Assembly (NCBI GenBank): GCA_963668625.2
Contig: CAXXKA010000008.1
Coordinates: forward strand, 480,001 to 544,000
Source of the DNA: an uncultured candidate division Zixibacteria bacterium
Lineage (GTDB): Bacteria > Zixibacteria > MSB-5A5 > UBA10806 > 4484-95
Direction: 5' to 3'
DNA: 64,000 nucleotides
Part shown: positions 49,899 through 60,687 of the stretch, one piece after another
Layout of the letters: each line of letters starts with the position of its first letter
Numbering within the stretch: the first letter of the stretch is position 1
Notes under the pieces: model-generated
Databases searched by the model: none
Seen by the model: the letters and a program-made list of their open reading frames with translations, nothing else
Told to the model about the DNA's origin: nothing
Translations under genes and position numbers: made by a program

Positions 49899-51704
49899 AT
49901 GGCTGACTCGATGAAAAACCTTCGGAATTTTTGCATAATCGCGCATATCGATCATGGTAAGTCTACCCTGGCCGATCGATTCCTCGAGGTTACCGGCACT
50001 ATCGAGTCGCGTAAAATGAAAAAACAAATCCTCGATTCGATGGACCTGGAACAGGAACGCGGCATAACTATCAAATCGCACGCTATCAGGATGAATTATA
50101 CCGCCCGGGATGGCAAACCCTACGTTTTAAACCTGATCGATACGCCCGGGCATGTCGATTTCACATATGAGGTTTCACGCTCCTTGATGGCCTGCGAGGG
50201 GGCTTTGCTCATCGTAGATGCCACCCAGGGGATCGAGGCGCAGACGATATCGAACCTGTACATGGCAATCGAGGAGGACCTGACTATCATTCCGGTGATA
50301 AACAAGATAGACCTTCCCGCCGCCGAACCCGAGCGCGTGAGCGAGGATATAGTAAGCTTGATCGGTTGCGATCCCGAGGAGATTCTACCGGTCTCGGCTA
50401 AAGTCGGTACCGGAGTTGAGGATATTTTGGAGGCTATTGTCGAGCGCATCGAACCGCCCTCCGGCGACCCGGACGCATCTCCGCGGGCGTTGATATTCGA
50501 TTCGGCGTTCGATACTTATCGCGGCGCGGTAGCCTATGTACGCGTCATCGATGGCACTTTTCATAGACGAGACTGGGCGAAATTCTTCTCACATAATAAG
50601 CAATATGAAATCGATGAGCTGGGGTACCTGGTTTTAAAATACATACCGCAACCAAAACTCTGTGCCGGCGAGGTCGGCTATATAATAGGAAATATACGGC
50701 AGGTGGCCGATACCCGGGTGGGCGATACGATTACCACTAAGGTGAAACCGGCAAAAGAGCCGTTGCCGGGTTTCAAAGAGTCCAAGCCGATGGTGTTTTC
50801 GGGAATCTTCCCGACCGTTGCCGAAAGTTTCGAGGAGTTACGGGATGCCATCTCGAAACTTCAGTTAAACGATGCCTCCCTGGTGTACGAACCGGAGACC
50901 TCCAACGCCTTGGGGTTCGGTTTCAGATGCGGTTTCCTTGGCCTTCTGCATATGGAGATTATCCAGGAGCGTCTTTCGCGCGAGTACGATATTCCCATTA
51001 TCACCACCGTACCCAGCGTGAAATACAGAGTAACCATGAAAACCGGCGAGGTTATCGAAGTGGATAATCCCTCGAATATGCCCGATCCGATGGAGTTCGA
51101 GTATATCGAGGAACCATACGTGCGGGCCTCGATTATCACACCCAGTGAGTATATCGGTAATCTCATGAAACTGTGCCTGGAACGTCGGGCTATCTATCTC
51201 AACACCGAGTACATAGATCCTACCCGCGCTAGCCTTCGTTATGATATACCGCTTTCCGAGATAATTTTCGATTTCTTCGACAGGCTCAAATCCGTATCGC
51301 GTGGTTACGCTTCTCTCGACTACGAGTTTCACGAGTATAAAAAATCCAAGCTCTCTCGTCTGGATATCCTTCTTAACGGCGATCCTGTCGATGCTCTTTC
51401 GGCAATCGTTCACCAGGATAAAGCCTATCAGTGGGGACGAACATTATGCGAGAAATTACGCAAAGCCATACCCCGTCAGATGTACGAGGTCGTTATCCAG
51501 GGGACAATCGGTTCTCGTATCGTTTCGCGCGAGACGATCAAGCCGCTTCGCAAAAACGTAACCGCCAAATGCTACGGCGGCGATATTACCCGTAAAAGAA
51601 AACTTCTGGAACGCCAGAAAGAAGGCAAGAAACGCATGAAACAGGTAGGCACGGTGGAGATACCTCAAGAGGCGTTTTTAGCTATTTTGCAGGTGGACAG
51701 GTAA
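49899..51704 (+). CDS. lepA: Translation elongation factor 4
   Basis: '[14 protein letters not shown]', 'ERGITIK', 'DTPGHVDF', '[14 protein letters not shown]'. Confidence 0.98.
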   Translation: MADSMKNLRNFCIIAHIDHGKSTLADRFLEVTGTIESRKMKKQILDSMDLEQERGITIKSHAIRMNYTARDGKPYVLNLIDTPGHVDFTYEVSRSLMACEGALLIVDATQGIEAQTISNLYMAIEEDLTIIPVINKIDLPAAEPERVSEDIVSLIGCDPEEILPVSAKVGTGVEDILEAIVERIEPPSGDPDASPRALIFDSAFDTYRGAVAYVRVIDGTFHRRDWAKFFSHNKQYEIDELGYLVLKYIPQPKLCAGEVGYIIGNIRQVADTRVGDTITTKVKPAKEPLPGFKESKPMVFSGIFPTVAESFEELRDAISKLQLNDASLVYEPETSNALGFGFRCGFLGLLHMEIIQERLSREYDIPIITTVPSVKYRVTMKTGEVIEVDNPSNMPDPMEFEYIEEPYVRASIITPSEYIGNLMKLCLERRAIYLNTEYIDPTRASLRYDIPLSEIIFDFFDRLKSVSRGYASLDYEFHEYKKSKLSRLDILLNGDPVDALSAIVHQDKAYQWGRTLCEKLRKAIPRQMYEVVIQGTIGSRIVSRETIKPLRKNVTAKCYGGDITRKRKLLERQKEGKKRMKQVGTVEIPQEAFLAILQVDR

Positions 51705-51845
51705 AGTTTAATTTCTCGCGGCCGGTAAAATCCACTCGGCATTATGCTGACCCTGTTGATATTTCCAAACATGATTGCATGAAATAGATGAATGAATGTT
51801 TCGCTATCAATGGTAGCAGATTAATCCGGCGATATAGATAGAGTT

Positions 51846-54035
51846 TTAACTTTTGTTTTTCAAACAGGCCAGAGCGATACGTATTTTATCGTAGGATATC
51901 TTACCCCCGAGTTTCTCGTATATCGGTTTCAGTTTCTCTTCATCCGATTTCAATGCCGCCGCGGTTATTTGCTCCGACTCGTCCCTGCTCACCCAGGGAA
52001 ACGGATCATCCACATTGTTCTTTTCGATAAACTCCACCAGGTATTGAACCGTGGTCGATTCGGCTCGTTCTATTTTTAAAGCAACTCTATCGACTGCGAA
52101 ACCCTGCTTAAAATATCTGAATGCCTTTTTACGAGCATCAACCGCGCTTCTTTGCATCCTGGTTTTACCCAGCTTGAAATCATCGTCATATTCGCCGAAT
52201 GGCTCTATTCCCATCTTGATATCGTTACGTTCGCAATATTCGCGTATCTTACGGCATATGTGATGTCCGTACTCGGCGGTCTTGGCTTTGCCGATACCTT
52301 TAATTCCGGAGAACTGCCTGATCGTAACCGGCCGGAACCGCGCCAGCTCGCGCAGGACGGCATCCCCGAAAACGATGAACGCCGGTAAACCCTTGCTGTC
52401 GGCAATTACCCTGCGTATTTGTCGAAGCTCCTCGAACAAGCCCTGGTCGACACCCTCCCACTGTTTCTGTACCATATCCGTTTTATCATAGCTTTTGGTC
52501 TTGGTGATATACAGTTTCGGTGTTTCTTCGCCTTTCAATACCGCCCGGCTCTCCGGCGTTCTGGCAACTACATTGTACTCACCTGTTTTTACAAGATAGC
52601 CGGTGGAACAAAGCTGCTCTATCCAGTCACGCACCGCACCTTTAGGATGATCGGATAATATGCCGTAGGTCGAAACGTTATCATGATTGTTCAATAGCAC
52701 GCGCTTATCTTTGGAACCGACAAGTACTTTAGAGACATAATCGGCGCCGAAAGAGTTATCGAGACGAGCGACACAGGAGATGATTTTCTGGGCAATCACC
52801 AACGAGTCGGATACAGACTCGAGCGACCCGAGGCAGATATCACAGGCGCCGCAGCTTTTACCGTTTAGCGCTTGCCCGAAATACGAGGAGATGGCTTTGT
52901 GGCGGCAGATCGTGCCGGTGCAGTAGTCGTACATATCGCTCAGTTTGGATAAGGCTATCTCGCGGGCGTCTTTCTGCATATCTTTCATCAGGAATTTCCA
53001 TATCTGAAAATCACTACCGGAATAAAACAGGCTGCATTCGGCCTCCAGGCTATCCCTGCCGGCGCGGCCGCTTTCCTGCTGATAATGCTCGAGCGATTTC
53101 GGCATCCCGGCATGAATAACGTAGCGCACGTTCGATTTATCGATGCCCATACCGAACGCAACCGTTGCTACGATGATATCGGTTTTCTCCTCAACGAAAG
53201 CCTGCTGGTTGTTTTTCCTTACGGTTTTATCGAGCCCGGCATGATAGGGTAATGCCTTGTAACCCATCTCGACCAGTTTGGCGCTCATAGCATCGACATC
53301 ATCCCGCTTTATGCAGTAGATAATGCCCGAATCACCCGGGTGTTTATCTATGATACGCTTTACCTGCCTGATTCCTTTATTGCGCGGCTCGGCGGTGAAT
53401 ATCAGGTTGGGGCGATCGAACGAGCCGACATACACACCCGGGTTTGCCAGGTTCAACTGGCGGCTGATATCATCCCGCACCTGGCTTGTTGCCGTGGCCG
53501 TGAAAGCATGTATAGGAATATCGGGGAATAGCTCTCTCAAGCATCTCATCTGGCGGTATTCCGGTCGGAAATCGTGCCCCCACATGCTTATGCAATGTGC
53601 CTCATCTATAGCGAAAAACGAGATATCTATATTTTTGATGAACTCTATGAATTTCAGGCCGACCAGTCGTTCGGGGGAAAGATAGATGATTTTAAGATTA
53701 CCCTCTTTGAGATCACGGGCTACCTGACGGTTTCTATCCTCTGACTGGGTGCTATCAATTTTAGCGGCCGCGATACCGTGCTCTTTTAAAGAGTCGACCT
53801 GGTCTTTCATGAGAGAGATCAAAGGCGAGACGATCAATGCCGTACCCGGCATGACGATTGCCGGCGCCTGAAAGCACAGCGACTTTCCACCGCCGGTAGG
53901 CAGCACCACCACCGAATCCCGTTTCTGAAGAGCGGCAATCATAGCCTTCTCCTGCAGTGGCCGGAAACTATCATAGCCCCAGTAATTTAGTACGGTTTTC
54001 TTGAGCTCAGAGAACATAGTATCGTGGCTATTCAT
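51846..54035 (-). CDS. recQ: ATP-dependent DNA helicase RecQ
   Basis: 'PTGGGKSLC', 'DEAHCIS.WGHDFRP', 'QESGRAGRD', Zn/RQC, HRDC, C-terminal HTH. Confidence 0.96.
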   Translation of the reverse strand: MNSHDTMFSELKKTVLNYWGYDSFRPLQEKAMIAALQKRDSVVVLPTGGGKSLCFQAPAIVMPGTALIVSPLISLMKDQVDSLKEHGIAAAKIDSTQSEDRNRQVARDLKEGNLKIIYLSPERLVGLKFIEFIKNIDISFFAIDEAHCISMWGHDFRPEYRQMRCLRELFPDIPIHAFTATATSQVRDDISRQLNLANPGVYVGSFDRPNLIFTAEPRNKGIRQVKRIIDKHPGDSGIIYCIKRDDVDAMSAKLVEMGYKALPYHAGLDKTVRKNNQQAFVEEKTDIIVATVAFGMGIDKSNVRYVIHAGMPKSLEHYQQESGRAGRDSLEAECSLFYSGSDFQIWKFLMKDMQKDAREIALSKLSDMYDYCTGTICRHKAISSYFGQALNGKSCGACDICLGSLESVSDSLVIAQKIISCVARLDNSFGADYVSKVLVGSKDKRVLLNNHDNVSTYGILSDHPKGAVRDWIEQLCSTGYLVKTGEYNVVARTPESRAVLKGEETPKLYITKTKSYDKTDMVQKQWEGVDQGLFEELRQIRRVIADSKGLPAFIVFGDAVLRELARFRPVTIRQFSGIKGIGKAKTAEYGHHICRKIREYCERNDIKMGIEPFGEYDDDFKLGKTRMQRSAVDARKKAFRYFKQGFAVDRVALKIERAESTTVQYLVEFIEKNNVDDPFPWVSRDESEQITAAALKSDEEKLKPIYEKLGGKISYDKIRIALACLKNKS

Positions 54036-54226
54036 AATTAATATAATATAAAAAATTGAATTTGCATGGCAAGAGGTTTGTTTAATTATTGAATTTATGC
54101 ATCGAAAACAGCACGGAATATTATTCGATTAGCAAGGTCTGTTTCTGCTGAGCATAGGTGAATACTCCGATTATCGAACAATCATTTCACTGCCTTATGC
54201 CGCAAGATGGAAATCATCTATGCCTG

Positions 54227-55279
54227 TCAGTCAGGTGTTTTTCTTTCACTCTTTGCCTTGCTTGCCCGTACACCAAACGCCATTATCGGCATACCGGGGA
54301 AAGCCGCGGATGAGTCAGTATGGCCTAGTACGATACCGTCTTCTATGGCCGCAATCGTTTCCTGATGCTTACCGAAAGCGTTGATATTTTTTGCTAAGCG
54401 TTGACCGGTTTTGACAACATCACCCGGCTTGGCCAAAAATCTGATGATGCCTGTTTTCGAGCTATAAGGTTTATCCGAATAGCTAAGCAACCTACCATCA
54501 CCATAACCCGGCGCAAGGGGAAACCTGAAAGGCTTATCATCAAGAGAAATCATCCCGAGATGTGCCAGGATATTACGTATAGTCTCGAGACCGAAAGTGA
54601 CATTTGACTCACTCACCACATTGGGCTTCCCCAGCTCTATAGTCAATGCGGGAATGTCGTGTAACAGGAGGTTCAACGACAGGCTCCGGTTTAAATCCTC
54701 GGTGTCGAGTATCAGGCATAACCCGGCTTTCTTAGCTACGCTTAAAGATTCTCGGTAAGCTGCTTTATGATTTTTTCCGGGATCGTTATCCAGAAGTATA
54801 TAGGGGATCGATTCGACCCAGTCGTTGTGAAGGTCTACCACGAAGCTCGGTTTATCCTCGGTAATAGCACTAAAAATTCGATGTGCCATTCTTTCGCCAA
54901 GCGAACCTTTCAGGCTGCCGGGAAAAGACCGGTTCAAGTCCTCCCTGCTCATGGCTATATGACGAGTTCCCATTTCGAATCCGAGCGGATTCATTAGCGG
55001 AAAAGCCCGAACCGTTCCACAACGTAGACGCCCTTTAAGTATTTTAAAAACCTCCTGTATAACCACAATACCGCTGACTTCGTTACCATGGCTACAGGCT
55101 GTCAACCAAACGAGCGGGCCGGGGTTGGCGCTTTCTGCGGACATGAGAGGTAATCGCCTGAGTGATAAGTCCGAGCCGGTCATGATTTTCATGAAAGAAT
55201 AATGAAATTTAACCGGGAGGGACTTATGTGTTCCCCTTTTAGTCAACATTTTATCCTTATATTGAAAACAAAACGACAT
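54227..55279 (-). CDS. Succinylglutamate desuccinylase/aspartoacylase (M14) family
   Basis: 'HGNE', 'DLNRSFPG', 'DLH', 'TIELG', C-terminal biotinyl-like domain; start uncertain. Confidence 0.85.
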   Translation of the reverse strand: MSFCFQYKDKMLTKRGTHKSLPVKFHYSFMKIMTGSDLSLRRLPLMSAESANPGPLVWLTACSHGNEVSGIVVIQEVFKILKGRLRCGTVRAFPLMNPLGFEMGTRHIAMSREDLNRSFPGSLKGSLGERMAHRIFSAITEDKPSFVVDLHNDWVESIPYILLDNDPGKNHKAAYRESLSVAKKAGLCLILDTEDLNRSLSLNLLLHDIPALTIELGKPNVVSESNVTFGLETIRNILAHLGMISLDDKPFRFPLAPGYGDGRLLSYSDKPYSSKTGIIRFLAKPGDVVKTGQRLAKNINAFGKHQETIAAIEDGIVLGHTDSSAAFPGMPIMAFGVRASKAKSERKTPD

Positions 55280-55470
55280 TTACGATCGATGACATTCGAA
55301 GGATCAGCAACCATGTTTTTCAAAAACAATGATATACGTATAACTTCGACTCATCCGAACGGGGATTGCTCTTTCTATCATTCGAATATTGTTTGCTGTT
55401 ATTAGCTCGATCCCGAATAGTCGTGACTGACCGATCCAGCCTTCTTAATCTTTATCCTGCCGGTTTCCGG

Positions 55471-56598
55471 TTATAGCTTCTTCTCGAAAAGCCGGTAGCG
55501 TTTGTATGGCGTACCACCCATCATCTCCGCCGCGCGAGTCATCATGGCATTATCCTCCAGTATCCATGACATCTCCACCCACTTGTAACCTACCTCGGTG
55601 CCGAAATCGTAGGTATCGACATAGAACACGGCATCGATACCGATTTTCTGATACTCCGGCACGATTCCCAGCGCCATCAGGCGTATGCCATCCGCGAGAC
55701 GTTTTACCTTAGTATGCCAGAGAAATTGAAATACGCCGAACGGGAAGAGTTTACCATTCATTTTTTTGAACAATGGGTTTAAATCTGGCATTGCTAATGA
55801 AAACCCGGCCGGTTTATCGCCAACGAAACCGAACAGCACGACATTGGGGTCGACGATCTTTTTGAAATCATCAGCAGTATGAAGAATCTCCTCCTCGGTC
55901 ATCGGCACGAACCCCCAGTTGCGGCTCCAGGCTTTATTGTATACGTCGCGAACTATCAAAAGCTCGTTATCGAAATCGTTCATATTGATTTTTCGCACTT
56001 TAATATTATGTTTCTTTTTGATAAGAGCCGCGACCCGCCTGAGTTTATCGGGAAGATTTTTCGAATCATCGAGATGATACGCCAGCAAATCTTTTATTTT
56101 CTCGAAACCATACCCCTCGGTTAGCTTCAGATAGTATTCGGGATTATAAGGCATCTGAAAAACCGGCAGGCTGTCAAACGCGTTGGCCAGCATCCCCCAG
56201 TCATCATTGGAGGAATAGTTTGCCGGGCCGCGAACGGCATCGAGGTTTAGCGAGCGGAGATGCTCGGCGGCGGTATCGAATAACTCATTGGCCAGAGATT
56301 GATCATCGGGGCATTCGAAAAAACCGAAGAAACCGATATTCTCCTCATTGATTTCATTGTGACGGGTATTGTGTATCGCCGCTATTCGAGCGACCGGTTT
56401 GCCATTCCGGCGCGCTACGTAGAATTTAGCATCCGAGTGAAGGAAAAACGGATTGGAGTTCTTATCGAAAAACTTACGGCTCTCAGATATCAATTGAGGC
56501 ACCCAGTAGGGATTGTTTTCGTAAATCCCGAATGGTACCTTGATGAAATCATCTATGTCGGATTTTGTTACCGCCTCGGTAATTTCGTAATTTACCAT
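55471..56598 (-). CDS. GNAT-fold bacterial ceramide synthase-like protein
   Basis: 'ARIAAI', 'GFFGFFE', 'VRGP', 'MPYNPEYY', 'YNKAWSRNWGFVP', 'EMSWILEDN'; directly downstream of the spt-like gene. Confidence 0.75.
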   Translation of the reverse strand: MVNYEITEAVTKSDIDDFIKVPFGIYENNPYWVPQLISESRKFFDKNSNPFFLHSDAKFYVARRNGKPVARIAAIHNTRHNEINEENIGFFGFFECPDDQSLANELFDTAAEHLRSLNLDAVRGPANYSSNDDWGMLANAFDSLPVFQMPYNPEYYLKLTEGYGFEKIKDLLAYHLDDSKNLPDKLRRVAALIKKKHNIKVRKINMNDFDNELLIVRDVYNKAWSRNWGFVPMTEEEILHTADDFKKIVDPNVVLFGFVGDKPAGFSLAMPDLNPLFKKMNGKLFPFGVFQFLWHTKVKRLADGIRLMALGIVPEYQKIGIDAVFYVDTYDFGTEVGYKWVEMSWILEDNAMMTRAAEMMGGTPYKRYRLFEKKL

Positions 56599-56663
56599 TT
56601 TATATGATTATCCCCGCATCCTGAAAATGCATGTTAAAAGCCCGATAAATATTTTGTCAATAG

Positions 56664-57911
56664 TTATATAATACCGAATTTTTTGCCGGCCCGATAGAAA
56701 ATATCAAGTACTTTATCGAGCTGGTCATCGGTATGAGTTGCCGTGAAACTGGTGCGGATAAGTGATTGATTGGGTGCGACCGCCGGAGGTATGACCGGAT
56801 TGGTGAAAAGTCCCTCATCGGTGAGCATACGCCAGAATTTGAACGTCTTCATGTTTTCCATGGTGTTATCACGCACGTAAATCGGTATGATGGGAGTTTC
56901 ACTCGTACCCAGATCGAATCCCATTGACAGGAACTCCTTATGCATACGGTTGGATATCTCCCACAGGCGAATACGACGTTCCGGCTCCTCCTGGACAATC
57001 TCCAGCGTGGCCAGCACGGTAGCAACCGCAGCGGGAGGCATCGAGGCGGAAAAGATGAGCGGCCGCGAGAAATGTTTTACGTATTCTACTATCTCCCTGC
57101 TTCCGGCAATATAGCCGCCTATCGAGGCGAACGATTTCGAGAACGTGCCCATCACCAGATCAACTTTATTCTCCAGGTGGTAATGTTCGGCGGTACCCCG
57201 GCCATGATCGCCTAAAACGCCTATCGAGTGCGCATCATCCACCAGCACGCCGGCGTTGTACTTGCCCGCGATTTCGGTCAAACGTGGAAGCTTGACAATA
57301 TCACCCTCCATCGAGAACACACCGTCACTAACAACCATCTTGTGAACATCCTTATCGAACCGGCTCATCACCCGTTCGAGATCATCCATATCATTATGAC
57401 GGTATTTCACTATTTGTCCGAACGATAACCGGCAACCATCCACTATGGAGGCGTGATCGCCACGGTCGGTGAACACCAGCTCGTTTTTACCTATCAGGGT
57501 AGAGATAGTGCCTAGGTTGGTCATGAACCCGGTGGAGAATATCAGGGAGGATTCGGTACCCATGTAGTCCGCCAGCTTCTCCTCGAGCTCGACATGAATA
57601 TCGAGCGTGCCATTCAAGAAGCGCGAACCGGTACATCCAGAACCGTACTTGTCGACAGCCTTATGAATCCTCTCGATCACCCTGGGATGATTGGTCAGTC
57701 CCAGGTAGTTGTTAGAGCCGATCATGATCACCTTCTCGCCGTTTATCACGACCTCGTTATCGGGAGCGGAGGATATTTCACGGAAGAACGGGTATATACC
57801 CATCTCCCGCACCTCATCGGCGGCGGTGAAATTGTGGCACTTGGTAAATATGCCCTGTTTATTGTTGCTGGGTATATCAGCTTTGATTCTAAGATCTTTT
57901 GAGTTTCCCAT
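56664..57911 (-). CDS. spt: Serine palmitoyltransferase / alpha-oxoamine synthase
   Basis: 'GSNNYLGL', 'GCTGSRFLNGT', 'DHASI', 'FSMEGD', 'DDAHS', 'GTFSKS' (SPT-type PLP Lys), 'FSAS'. Confidence 0.8.
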   Translation of the reverse strand: MGNSKDLRIKADIPSNNKQGIFTKCHNFTAADEVREMGIYPFFREISSAPDNEVVINGEKVIMIGSNNYLGLTNHPRVIERIHKAVDKYGSGCTGSRFLNGTLDIHVELEEKLADYMGTESSLIFSTGFMTNLGTISTLIGKNELVFTDRGDHASIVDGCRLSFGQIVKYRHNDMDDLERVMSRFDKDVHKMVVSDGVFSMEGDIVKLPRLTEIAGKYNAGVLVDDAHSIGVLGDHGRGTAEHYHLENKVDLVMGTFSKSFASIGGYIAGSREIVEYVKHFSRPLIFSASMPPAAVATVLATLEIVQEEPERRIRLWEISNRMHKEFLSMGFDLGTSETPIIPIYVRDNTMENMKTFKFWRMLTDEGLFTNPVIPPAVAPNQSLIRTSFTATHTDDQLDKVLDIFYRAGKKFGII

Positions 57912-57925
57912 AAGCTAAGGGTTGA

Positions 57926-57953
57926 ATATTACTCCGAATGTGGTGTTTGTCAA
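57926..57953 (-). promoter_or_regulatory. sigma70-type promoter for spt
   Basis: Minus strand TTGACA-N16-TAATAT. Confidence 0.45.
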
Positions 57954-58077
57954 GATGTAAATATAAAATTATGGTTGTGTAGTTTTTTGATATAGCGTAA
58001 GTTAATTATATGTATTATATAAAACCGAATAAATGTCGACAACTTTAAATAGAAAAACTACTTAGCTGGAGACAGAG

Positions 58078-59418
58078 ATGAATTTCGATAAAACGATTTT
58101 TAAGGCTTACGATATACGAGGAATATATGGCAAACAGTTAGATGCCGATCTATATAAGGCTATCGGCACGGCTGTTGCTAATGTGCTTAATTGCCACAAC
58201 ACGGTCGTGGGATACGACATGAGAAGTTCCTCACCCGAGCTGGCCGAGGCTTTTTGCCGGGGCATGATCGAGGCCGGGGCTAATATTACGGATGTCGGAT
58301 TGTGTTCTACCGATGCTATATATTTCGCGGTCGGTAAGTACGGTTACGATTGCGGCGCGATGATTACCGCCTCGCATAATCCGCCCGAGTATAACGGGTT
58401 GAAGATGTGCAAAAGCGGAGCGGAGCCGTTATCCTCGCAAATCGAGTTGGCCCAGGTCATGAAAATTCTGGAAAATGATGCGCTGAAGAAAGCAGATAAG
58501 CCGGGTTCAAAAGACAAGAGAGAAATTATTACGGATTTCATAGATCATGTGTTGTCTTTCGTGGAAATTGACAACATTAAGCCGTTTAAAATAGTCGCTG
58601 ATGCCGGTAACGGTATGGCCGGTCTTATCGTGCCGATACTATTCGAGAAATTGCCCTGCGAACTGGTACCGATGTATTTCGAGCTGGATGGCACATTTCC
58701 GAATCATCCAGCCAGCCCGATTGAGCCCGAGAACATAGCCGATCTTCAAAAACGATTGCTGGAGGAGAAAGCCGATTTCGGGGTTGCTTTCGATGGCGAC
58801 GCCGACAGGATGTTTTTGGTGGATGAAAATGCCAGAGCATTGGGCGGCGATATGGTTACCGCTATGGTTGCTCGTTCGATGCTGACCAAACAACCCGGCT
58901 CTAAAATAATCTATAATCTGATCTGTTCGAAGGCGGTGCCTAAGGTGGTACAGCAAAGCGGCGGCGTACCGGTAAGGACACGGGTTGGGCATGCTTTTAT
59001 CAAAGCTATCATGAAACAGGAAAACGCGGTGTTCGGCGGAGAGCACTCCGGGCATTTCTATTTCAGGGATAACTGGTTTGCCGATTCTGGATTGATCGCT
59101 TTCATAGTCTGCCTCGAATTGCTAAGCAAATCAGGTTCGACTCTATCGGAATTGGTGAAATCATTCGATACTAATTTCAGGAGTGGTGAGATAAACTCAC
59201 GGGTGGAGGATATCCCCTCGAAATTAAAAGAACTGGAACAAGCGTTCCCTGATGCCGATATAGATAAACTAGACGGGGTAACGATCGATAACGGCAGTTA
59301 TTGGTTCAACGTCAGGCCCTCGAACACCGAACCACTGCTGCGCTTGAACCTGGAGGCCGAATCGGAGGCCGTATTGAGCGAGGCTATCGATAAAGTATTG
59401 GGAATAATCAGGGGATAA
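58078..59418 (+). CDS. manB: Phosphomannomutase/phosphoglucomutase
   Basis: 'FKAYDIRG', 'TASHNP', 'FDGDADR', 'GEHSGH', 'RPSNTEP'. Confidence 0.9.
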   Translation: MNFDKTIFKAYDIRGIYGKQLDADLYKAIGTAVANVLNCHNTVVGYDMRSSSPELAEAFCRGMIEAGANITDVGLCSTDAIYFAVGKYGYDCGAMITASHNPPEYNGLKMCKSGAEPLSSQIELAQVMKILENDALKKADKPGSKDKREIITDFIDHVLSFVEIDNIKPFKIVADAGNGMAGLIVPILFEKLPCELVPMYFELDGTFPNHPASPIEPENIADLQKRLLEEKADFGVAFDGDADRMFLVDENARALGGDMVTAMVARSMLTKQPGSKIIYNLICSKAVPKVVQQSGGVPVRTRVGHAFIKAIMKQENAVFGGEHSGHFYFRDNWFADSGLIAFIVCLELLSKSGSTLSELVKSFDTNFRSGEINSRVEDIPSKLKELEQAFPDADIDKLDGVTIDNGSYWFNVRPSNTEPLLRLNLEAESEAVLSEAIDKVLGIIRG

Positions 59419-59420
59419 AT

Positions 59421-60215
59421 TTGCCGGACGGATACGATTCAATAAAAGTATTGGTTGTCGATGACGACAAGCTTATACGAAGTTTGCTGGGGGATACCCT
59501 GGGCGCGCTGGGTTATACCACTATTACGGTGGAGGACTATAAAACCGCGGTCGAGGCGCTCGATAAAGAACATGTTGATGTCGTAATAACCGATATACTC
59601 CTGCCCGATAAACTTGGTTACGACTTGATCAAGATGGTGAAAAAGACTTTCCCGAAAACACCGGTGCTGGCGATATCGGGAAAACCTATATCTCGTAAGG
59701 ATGTTATAGATGCCGGAGCGGATGGCTTTCTGTCAAAGCCGTTCAGGATCGGTGTGGTGGAGGATCTGATTCAAACCACTCTTCTTCGCTACGATGTCAA
59801 AAATGTCAAAAACGAACCCAGCAAGAAAAAGATACTGGTAGTGGATGACGAGCCGGATGTCATTACTACCCTGATGGATTCGCTGGAGGCGCTTGGATAT
59901 ATGGCGGAAGGCGCCGGCAACGGCGTTGAGGCATTAGAATGTCTGGAAAAAAGCAGCTATGATCTGGTGATAACCGATATCAGGATGCCGGAGAAAAACG
60001 GGATCGACCTCCTAAACGATATCAAAGCGAAATACCCGAAATTACCGGTTGTCATCATCACCGGCTACACCTTGGCTTACCCGCCCGAGCAGGCGCAGAA
60101 AGAGGGGGCTGAGGGCTACATAGCCAAGCCGTTCAGAATTAACCAGATAGATGACCTTCTGGCAAAAATCCTGTTTAATTTCAAGGGTGGGAATCTACAG
60201 GACCAGAACAGCTAA
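59421..60215 (+). CDS. Tandem receiver-domain response regulator without output domain
   Basis: Two REC domains 'VVDD...ITD...KPFRI'. Confidence 0.88.
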   Translation: MPDGYDSIKVLVVDDDKLIRSLLGDTLGALGYTTITVEDYKTAVEALDKEHVDVVITDILLPDKLGYDLIKMVKKTFPKTPVLAISGKPISRKDVIDAGADGFLSKPFRIGVVEDLIQTTLLRYDVKNVKNEPSKKKILVVDDEPDVITTLMDSLEALGYMAEGAGNGVEALECLEKSSYDLVITDIRMPEKNGIDLLNDIKAKYPKLPVVIITGYTLAYPPEQAQKEGAEGYIAKPFRINQIDDLLAKILFNFKGGNLQDQNS

Positions 60216-60282
60216 ACGGCAAATAATCACTTTTAGATATTAGTATAGATTGCGATCAGTGTCCCTATACATTATCGGGATT

Positions 60283-60317
60283 GTCATTGCGAGGAGCAGG
60301 AGCAGACGCGGCAATCC
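60283..60317 (+). repeat. Family A repeat copy
   Basis: GTCATTGCGAGGAGCAGGAGCAGACGCGGCAATCC. Confidence 0.65.
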
Positions 60318-60687
60318 GTCTGTTAATGCGATGTCTCAATGTCCGGTAAATATCTCTGCCTGCTGCTTAAAGCTGGCTACATAAAGAGCTGTCTCAAGGG
60401 ACAGATGAGGAAATTTGCCACCCACAACATAATCCCGATGAGGGTAGCTGAATCATTTTTCCCCGCATTATATTTCGTACTATATAATAATGATTGTTTT
60501 TCTCAAAGCATTCGAAGTATAGTTTCTTGAGCTGTAATATTAACTGAATCCTGGTTTTTATATTGCCTTTAAGCCGTAACTTTTCTATTTTAAAAACCGT
60601 AATTTATTTGTACAGCGTATTTTCTCAAGGAGGGTTTCAGACTGTCATCAATTTTCTAATAATAAATTTTAAGCTAATGGAGGTAAA

